Below, one piece after another: positions 1 to 4,110 of a DNA stretch of 4,110 nt. The notes beneath the pieces were generated by a model. That model saw only the letters and a list, made by a program, of their open reading frames with translations, was not told the DNA's origin and made no database searches. Positions within the stretch are counted from its first letter, which is position 1, and the number at the start of each line of letters is the position of its first letter. The stretch covers positions 1 through 4,110 of IMG/VR virus record IMGVR_UViG_3300018478_000010; one strand, 5' to 3'. Position numbers and translations under genes: made by a program. Source of the stretch: a virus (lineage: Duplodnaviria; Heunggongvirae; Uroviricota; Caudoviricetes).

Positions 1-1066
1 GAAGTGGATTGAAGTGATGCATTCGGTTTACCCGAACATTGACCGCGATACATCGAAGCTGGATAGCAAGAACAAGCCATTCAAATCGGTTTATTACGAG
101 GTTGGTGGCGATAACGACAAGTTGTTGCGTGAGTCCGGATTTGATGAGTTTCCAATTATGGCTCCGCGCTGGGAAGTTAATGGCGAAGATGTTTATGGAT
201 CATCATGCCCGGGTATGCTGGCGCTTGGACCTGTTAAGGCATTGCAGCTTCTCCAGAAGCGCAAGTCGCAGTTGATTGATAAAGCCACCAATCCGCCGAT
301 GGTTGCTCCGACTTCCCTCAAGAATCAGCGCGCCTCCCTTCTTCCTGGCGACATCACGTATATCGATCAGATTACTGGTCAGGATGGCTTCAGGCCTGCT
401 TATCTGGTTAACCCCAGTACAGCAGATCTGGTAGCAGACATTCAGGACACTCGTCAAATCATTAACAGCGCCTACTTTGTCGATCTGTTCATGATGTTGC
501 AGAACATCAATACCCGCTCGATGCCTGTTGAAGCAGTGATCGAAATGAAAGAAGAAAAGCTTCTGATGTTGGGGCCAGTTCTGGAGCGTCTGAACGACGA
601 ATGTCTTAATCCTCTCATTGACCGCGCTTTCTCGATGATGGTGCGTAAAAACATGCTGCCGCCACCGCCTGACGCGATGGAAGGCATGCCCCTGAAGGTC
701 GAATACATTTCCGTCATGGCTCAGGCGCAGAAGTCTATCGGCCTGTCCAGTCTGGCGTCCACGGTTAACTTCATTGGTCAACTTGCGCAAGCGAAACCAG
801 AAGCTCTCGACAAACTCAACGTTGATCAGGCGATCGATGCATTCGCTGATATGTCCGGAGTGTCTCCAACCGTCATTGTTCCGCAGGAACAGGTTGAGCA
901 GGCTCGCCAGCAACGGGCACAGCAACAACAGCAGCAACAAATGATGGCGATGGGGATGGCGGCGGCACAGGGGGCCAAGACGCTAAGCGAAGCTAAAACT
1001 TCGGATCCGAGTGTGTTGTCAGCTATGGCGAATGCAGTTAGTGGTCAGGGTGGGCAATCACAATGA
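1..1066 (+). CDS. Probable portal protein, C-terminal ~355 codons; 5'-partial, reading frame is open to the window edge. Alternative: a large minor head-morphogenesis protein.
   Basis: Frame 2 is open from position 2 to TGA at 1064-1066 with no upstream stop, so the GTG at 14 in the ORF track is probably internal. A large protein directly upstream of small protein, scaffold-like and capsid-like genes is the usual portal position in tailed-phage head modules. The stop overlaps the next gene's start (ATGA at 1063-1066). The C-terminus is Gln/Met/Ala-rich (QQRAQQQQQQQMMAMGMAAAQGA). No homology search was done. Confidence 0.6.
   Translation, partial: KWIEVMHSVYPNIDRDTSKLDSKNKPFKSVYYEVGGDNDKLLRESGFDEFPIMAPRWEVNGEDVYGSSCPGMLALGPVKALQLLQKRKSQLIDKATNPPMVAPTSLKNQRASLLPGDITYIDQITGQDGFRPAYLVNPSTADLVADIQDTRQIINSAYFVDLFMMLQNINTRSMPVEAVIEMKEEKLLMLGPVLERLNDECLNPLIDRAFSMMVRKNMLPPPPDAMEGMPLKVEYISVMAQAQKSIGLSSLASTVNFIGQLAQAKPEALDKLNVDQAIDAFADMSGVSPTVIVPQEQVEQARQQRAQQQQQQQMMAMGMAAAQGAKTLSEAKTSDPSVLSAMANAVSGQGGQSQ
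920..940 (+). repeat. Short CAG/CAA tract encoding seven consecutive Gln in the C-terminal tail of the portal-like protein
   Basis: Read directly in frame: cag caa caa cag cag caa caa, followed by atg atg gcg atg ggg atg (MMAMGM). Confidence 0.6.
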
Positions 1067-1359
1067 CAGATTACGAAGACGATCAACTGAAAGAAGAAAA
1101 CGCCCGTAAGCAACGTGACATGGCGCAGCGTGAAATTGATGACATTCGCTTTGTCATGAGCAGTGAACAGGGGCGTCGCGTTGTCTGGTCGGTGCTGGAG
1201 AAAGGCCGTGTGTTTTCCGCTATCTCACCGATGGACGCTATGGCAATGGCATTTAATGAGGGGCAACGCAATCTGGCGCTGGAACTGTTTCAGCGCGTTA
1301 TGGCGCATTGCCCTGAACAGTATTTGAAGATGGCCAAAGAGGCCAGTGAACAGGAGTGA
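1063..1359 (+). CDS. Hypothetical small head-module protein (98 aa), charged and helix-prone
   Basis: ATG at 1063 overlaps the upstream stop (ATGA), with a purine-rich stretch (cagggtggg, 1046-1054) about 8 nt upstream. TGA at 1357-1359 lies inside the Shine-Dalgarno region of the next gene. Composition is protein-like, whereas the antisense ORF 1083..1271 is Cys/Ser/Arg-rich. Function unknown. Confidence 0.65.
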   Translation: MTDYEDDQLKEENARKQRDMAQREIDDIRFVMSSEQGRRVVWSVLEKGRVFSAISPMDAMAMAFNEGQRNLALELFQRVMAHCPEQYLKMAKEASEQE

Positions 1360-1361
1360 TC

Positions 1362-2057
1362 ATGAATTTATTTGAGCGTTTGCTGTATCGCCGTCTTTGC
1401 AATGAGCAACCAGTCGATGGTGGAGCAGCTCCGGCTGCGTCAGAACCGTCAGCGCCTGCAGGTGATAACCCTGCTCCAGTTGGTGATCCATCACAACAGG
1501 AAGGTGATAAGCCACAACCTGTTGCTGATGGCGATAAACCTGCTGATGACAAAAAGCCTGAAAACGATAAGCAGGATGAAAAAAAGGACGGCGATAAACC
1601 AGAGGGTGCGCCTGAGAAGTACGAGTTTCAGGCTGCCGAAGGCGTAGAGCTGGATACAGAAGCGTTGAAGGAATTCGAGCCGGTGGCGCGAGAACTTAAC
1701 CTGACCAACGAGCAAGCGCAAAAGCTGGTTGATGCTTATCCGAAGATTCTGGCAGGTGTTCAGCAGCGCCAGGCAGAAGCCTGGCAGAAAACAACCGAGC
1801 AGTGGGCTGCGGATGTAAAAGCTGACAAAGAAATCGGTGGCGACAAGTTGATTTCTAACCTTAGCGCCGCACAGCGTGCGCTTGACCAGTTCGGGACACC
1901 TGAACTCAAAGAATATCTGAACACCACCGGACTGGGTAATCACCCTGATCTGGTCAAAACGTTCGTGAAAATCGGAAAGGCGATGTCTGAAGATGGCATG
2001 GTCACCGGTGGTAATGAAGGCCAGCGTAGTGCGGCCGAAGTGCTCTATGGCAAATAA
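1362..2057 (+). CDS. Probable capsid scaffolding protein (231 aa): acidic, with a Pro/Asp/Lys-rich low-complexity N-terminal region and a helix-prone C-terminal half
   Basis: ATG at 1362 is preceded by AGGAG at 1352-1356 (5-nt spacer); the GTG at 1356 in the ORF track sits inside that Shine-Dalgarno and is unlikely to be the start. It lies immediately upstream of the capsid-like gene, ends at TAA 2055-2057, and has an acidic, Ala/Glu/Lys/Gln-rich composition typical of scaffolding proteins. Assignment is by position and composition only. Confidence 0.6.
   Translation: MNLFERLLYRRLCNEQPVDGGAAPAASEPSAPAGDNPAPVGDPSQQEGDKPQPVADGDKPADDKKPENDKQDEKKDGDKPEGAPEKYEFQAAEGVELDTEALKEFEPVARELNLTNEQAQKLVDAYPKILAGVQQRQAEAWQKTTEQWAADVKADKEIGGDKLISNLSAAQRALDQFGTPELKEYLNTTGLGNHPDLVKTFVKIGKAMSEDGMVTGGNEGQRSAAEVLYGK
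1461..1600 (+). repeat. Four imperfect in-frame repeats gg(t/c)gataa(n)cc encoding G-D-(N/K)-P within the scaffold-like gene
   Basis: Copies start at 1461 (ggtgataaccct), 1503 (ggtgataagcca), 1530 (ggcgataaacct) and 1590 (ggcgataaacca). Spacings are 42, 27 and 60 nt, all multiples of 3, and each copy is in the coding frame. Confidence 0.6.
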
Positions 2058-2071
2058 GAGAGGAAATGACA

Positions 2072-3058
2072 ATGGCTGTTAAAGACTTAACTGCGCTAAC
2101 GCTGGCTGACTGGGGTAAGCGCGTCGATCCAAACGGGAAAGTCGATAAGATTATCGAGCTTCTCGGTCAAACTAACCCGATCCTTCAGGATATGCCTTTT
2201 GTCGAAGGGAACCTTCCTACCGGACACCGAACCACCATTCGTTCTGGTTTACCTTCAGCTACCTGGCGTTTGCTGAACTATGGCGTACAGCCAAGCAAAT
2301 CAACCACAGTGCAGGTAACCGATTCCGTTGGCATGCTGGAAACCTATGCTGAAGTCGATAAGTCACTGGCTGATCTGAACGGCAATACCGCCGAATTCCG
2401 CCTGTCTGAAGACCGCGCATTTATTGAAGCGATGAATCAGCAGATGGCGCAGACGCTGTTTTATGGTGATTCCAGCGTTAACCCTCAGCAGTTTATGGGA
2501 CTGTCCTCCCGCTATTCCAGCCTGTCTGCAGGTAATGCTCAGAACATCATTGATGCTGGTGGCACGGGTACAGATAACACCTCAATCTGGTTAGTGGTGT
2601 GGGGCGAAAACACCGTGCATGGCATCTTCCCGAAAGGGCAGAAGGCTGGCATCCAGATGGAAGATAAAGGCCAGGTGACACTGGAAGATGCTAATGGCGG
2701 CAAGTACGAAGGCTATCGCACCCATTACAAATGGGACAACGGACTTGCTCTGCGTGACTGGCGTTATGTTGTTCGCATTGCAAACATCGATGTCAGCAAT
2801 CTTTCAGAACCTTCCTCTGCCGCAAATATTGCGAAGTTGATGGTTAAAGCACTGCATCGCATTCCAAACCGTGGAATGGGTCGCCCGGTGTTCTACATGA
2901 ACCGCACTGTAGGCCAGGCTCTTGATCTGCAATCTCTGGAGAAAACATCTCTGGCGATCAGCGTAAAAGAGACAGAAGGCGAGTGGTGGACTTCATTCCG
3001 TGGTGTACCAATCCGTGAAACTGATGCGCTTCTGGAAACAGAAGCCCGTGTGGTGTAA
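2072..3058 (+). CDS. Probable major capsid protein (~328 aa from ATG 2072; 330 aa if ATG 2066 is used)
   Basis: Long ORF directly after the scaffold-like gene. GAGG at 2060-2063 gives a good 8-nt spacing to ATG 2072, whereas ATG 2066 is only 2 nt from it. Size fits a capsid protein that relies on a separate scaffold. It is followed by a stem-loop and small head-protein genes. TAA at 3056-3058. No homology search was done. Confidence 0.7.
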   Translation: MAVKDLTALTLADWGKRVDPNGKVDKIIELLGQTNPILQDMPFVEGNLPTGHRTTIRSGLPSATWRLLNYGVQPSKSTTVQVTDSVGMLETYAEVDKSLADLNGNTAEFRLSEDRAFIEAMNQQMAQTLFYGDSSVNPQQFMGLSSRYSSLSAGNAQNIIDAGGTGTDNTSIWLVVWGENTVHGIFPKGQKAGIQMEDKGQVTLEDANGGKYEGYRTHYKWDNGLALRDWRYVVRIANIDVSNLSEPSSAANIAKLMVKALHRIPNRGMGRPVFYMNRTVGQALDLQSLEKTSLAISVKETEGEWWTSFRGVPIRETDALLETEARVV

Positions 3059-3073
3059 CGCCTGTTATTAACC

Positions 3074-3095
3074 AGTGGGTCGTAACAGACCCACT
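3074..3095 (+). promoter_or_regulatory. Perfect 8-bp inverted repeat / RNA stem-loop (AGTGGGTC-gtaaca-GACCCACT) in the intergenic region after the capsid gene; no U-tract
   Basis: Seen directly: 3074-3081 agtgggtc, loop 3082-3087 gtaaca, 3088-3095 gacccact, which is the exact reverse complement. It sits 16 nt after the capsid stop and just upstream of the GGAG Shine-Dalgarno (3099-3102) of the next gene. It is followed by aatgg rather than a T-run, so it is not a classical intrinsic terminator. It could be a transcript-stabilising or processing hairpin, a partial terminator, or a protein-binding palindrome. Confidence 0.4.
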
Positions 3096-3109
3096 AATGG
3101 AGAAAGAAG

Positions 3110-3547
3110 ATGATCACCGACAAACTGTTGATGTTCTCCGAAGCACAGGCGGTAACTGATACCGCGGCTTCTACTGACGTAATCGATCTAGGTCCAATTG
3201 ATGGAAATCGTCGCGATATCGGCGTGGGTTACCCGCTTGAGTTTTGGGCGCTGGTTAACGAAGCCGCCACGGCAAGTGGTGAGGCAACTGTAAACATCCA
3301 GTTGCAGACGAGTGAGAATAACAGCTCATGGTCCACTATTTATGATAGTGGCGCACTGGCAAAGGCTACCCTGACAGCAGGTAAACGAGTTGTTTCTGCA
3401 AAGGTGCCTGCCGGTGTTCAGCGATATCTGCGTGTTAACTACTCCGTCGCAACTGGCCCACTAACGGCTGGCAAATTCACTGCGGGTATCAATCTTGATG
3501 TTGATGCCAATACGCCGTACCCGATCCGCTCAAAAGTAACTGGTTAA
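3110..3547 (+). CDS. Hypothetical head protein (145 aa), Thr/Ala/Gly/Val-rich; candidate decoration, cement or minor capsid protein
   Basis: ATG at 3110 with GGAG at 3099-3102 (7-nt spacer) and TAA at 3545-3547. It lies immediately downstream of the capsid-like gene. Composition suggests a beta-rich protein. Function is inferred from context only. Confidence 0.6.
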   Translation: MITDKLLMFSEAQAVTDTAASTDVIDLGPIDGNRRDIGVGYPLEFWALVNEAATASGEATVNIQLQTSENNSSWSTIYDSGALAKATLTAGKRVVSAKVPAGVQRYLRVNYSVATGPLTAGKFTAGINLDVDANTPYPIRSKVTG

Positions 3548-3557
3548 GGTGATTTCG

Positions 3558-3893
3558 ATGTCAGGTGAGAAACCAAGATACCGCGTTCTGCGCCTCTCTC
3601 ATATCCATAACACACTGTGGCCGGAGGGGGCAGAAATCGAATACGAAGGTGAGCCTGGTAGCGCACTGGAACCTGTTAACGATGCAGCCAGACAGGCAAA
3701 AGCAAAAGTTGCAGGAAAGGTGTCAATGGCAGCAACCAGCACCAAAATCATCAACGATGTGTCAGATGATGGTGAACTGGATAAGCTCCGTGAAGAGTAC
3801 GAATTGCTCTTTAACGAGAAGCCACACCATAACGCCAAAGCCGAAACGCTCCGCGAGAAGATCGCAGATAAGCGTAAAGAACTGGGCGTGTAA
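3558..3893 (+). CDS. Hypothetical protein (112 aa from ATG 3558; 114 aa if GTG 3549 is used), with a charged helical C-terminal half
   Basis: AAGGTGA at 3546-3552 is a Shine-Dalgarno about 6-7 nt upstream of ATG 3558; the GTG at 3549 lies within it. TAA at 3891-3893 is followed 17 nt later by a strong hairpin terminator. The overlapping +1-frame ORF 3565..3975 is Cys/Arg/Ser-rich and runs through the terminator, so this frame is preferred. Confidence 0.6.
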   Translation: MSGEKPRYRVLRLSHIHNTLWPEGAEIEYEGEPGSALEPVNDAARQAKAKVAGKVSMAATSTKIINDVSDDGELDKLREEYELLFNEKPHHNAKAETLREKIADKRKELGV

Positions 3894-3909
3894 GCCTCGC
3901 GAATCAGAC

Positions 3910-3931
3910 AAGGGGCTTCGGCCCCTTTATT
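3910..3931 (+). terminator. Rho-independent terminator candidate: GC-rich stem with UUCG tetraloop (aaggggc-ttcg-gcccctt) followed by ttatt
   Basis: Seen directly: 3910-3916 aaggggc pairs with 3921-3927 gcccctt around the loop ttcg (3917-3920), followed by a short T-rich run. It sits 17 nt after the stop of the 112-aa gene. The U-tract is short and interrupted, so termination is probably partial. Confidence 0.6.
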
Positions 3932-3943
3932 GCAGGAGTGTAT

Positions 3944-4071
3944 ATGGAACTCGTAAACCTCAAAACCGGCACTGACAGCTACCAGGATGAGAGCGGAGAA
4001 ACCAGAACTCGCGATGAATACCCGTGGGGGCTGTGCATCACGCTGAATAACGACACATTGAATAAGCTGAA
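3944..4071 (+). CDS. 5' end of a further hypothetical gene (MELVNLKTGTDSYQDESGETRTRDEYPWGLCITLNNDTLNKL...); 3'-truncated artificially at the adapter junction
   Basis: AGGAG at 3934-3938 with a 5-nt spacer to ATG 3944. The frame stays open into the adapter, and the apparent C-terminus (...DRKSTRLNSSH*) is translated adapter, not genome. Only about 42 genuine codons are visible, so the product cannot be assigned. Confidence 0.45.
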
Positions 4072-4110
4072 AGATCGGAAGAGCACACGTCTGAACTCCA
4101 GTCACTGACC
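4072..4110. other. Non-biological sequence: Illumina TruSeq indexed adapter read-through (AGATCGGAAGAGCACACGTCTGAACTCCAGTCAC) plus TGACC, the start of an index
   Basis: Positions 4072-4105 match the TruSeq adapter 34-mer exactly. The following TGACC is consistent with the start of a 6-nt index such as TGACCA. On the reverse strand this yields the well-known spurious peptide motif TGVQTCALPIF. Confidence 0.9.

Noticed and set aside
203-940. 245-aa minus-strand ORF antisense to the portal-like gene
   Set aside because: It is wholly embedded antisense in a longer, better-supported + strand ORF; it is Leu/Arg/His/Cys-rich in a way typical of antisense frames of GC-balanced genes; no Shine-Dalgarno is evident.
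920-940. CAG/CAA tract as a sign of eukaryotic or contaminant origin
   Set aside because: The tract is short (7 codons), in frame within a bacterial-style operon with Shine-Dalgarno-coupled genes; compositionally biased C-terminal tails are ordinary in phage structural proteins.
39-1647. Short overlapping ORFs 39..275(+), 472..717(-), 1083..1271(-), 1298..1552(-) and 1372..1647(+)
   Set aside because: All are embedded in or antisense to the main coupled reading frames, have biased Cys/Ser/Arg-rich or otherwise non-protein-like composition, and lack ribosome-binding sites.
1491-2072. 193-aa minus-strand ORF antisense to the scaffold-like gene
   Set aside because: It is entirely antisense to a coupled + strand gene; its hydrophobic Phe/Leu/Ile-rich composition is the mirror of the Glu/Lys/Asp-rich sense strand; it lacks start context.
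3565-3975. 136-aa + strand ORF in an alternative frame overlapping the 112-aa gene and running through the terminator
   Set aside because: Cys/Arg/Ser/Thr-rich composition typical of an off-frame read; it would have to be translated through a strong hairpin; there is no independent Shine-Dalgarno. Programmed frameshifting was considered, but no slippery heptamer or appropriately placed structure was seen.
3599-4105. 168-aa minus-strand ORF (MTGVQTCALPIFQLIQ…) that could look like a novel antisense gene at the contig end
   Set aside because: Its start codon and first residues are the reverse-complement translation of the Illumina adapter at 4072-4105. The rest lies antisense to the 112-aa gene and the terminator, with a Ser/Leu/Ala-rich low-information composition. 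It is an artefact.
1-4110. Search for CRISPR arrays, tRNA or rRNA genes, transposase or IS termini, and toxin-antitoxin or defence-system signatures
   Set aside because: None seen. There are no spaced direct repeats of 25-40 nt, no cloverleaf-capable segments in the short intergenic regions, no terminal inverted repeats, and no ORF pairs with a toxin-antitoxin-like arrangement. Coding density is near 95% on one strand, consistent with a structural operon.

Overview
The window reads as the head-morphogenesis (capsid assembly) block of a tailed bacteriophage or prophage from an enterobacterial-like host (roughly 50% GC, E. coli-like codon usage), ending in a sequencing artefact. All real genes lie on the + strand in one tightly packed, translationally coupled operon: (1) the 3' part of a large gene open to the 5' window edge, probably the portal protein, with a Gln/Met/Ala-rich C-terminal tail (1..1066); (2) a 98-aa protein of unknown role (1063..1359); (3) a 231-aa acidic protein with a Pro/Asp/Lys-rich low-complexity N-terminal region carrying four in-frame G-D-(N/K)-P repeats, probably the scaffolding protein (1362..2057); (4) a ~330-aa probable major capsid protein (2072..3058); (5) a perfect 8-bp stem-loop without a U-tract; (6) a 145-aa Thr/Ala/Gly-rich probable minor head or decoration protein (3110..3547); (7) a 112-aa hypothetical protein (3558..3893); (8) an intrinsic terminator with a UUCG tetraloop (3910..3931); (9) the start of a further gene (3944 onward). 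The last ~39 nt (4072..4110) are not biological: they match the Illumina TruSeq indexed adapter exactly (AGATCGGAAGAGCACACGTCTGAACTCCAGTCAC) followed by TGACC, the start of an index. So the contig end is adapter read-through, the last gene is artificially truncated, and the 168-aa minus-strand ORF beginning 'MTGVQTCALPIF' is an adapter-derived artefact. Functional calls rest on gene order, size, composition and start/stop context only; no homology search was possible, so the phage family is unassigned. I see no convincing novel defence or accessory system here: this is a conventional structural module with a few modest curiosities.
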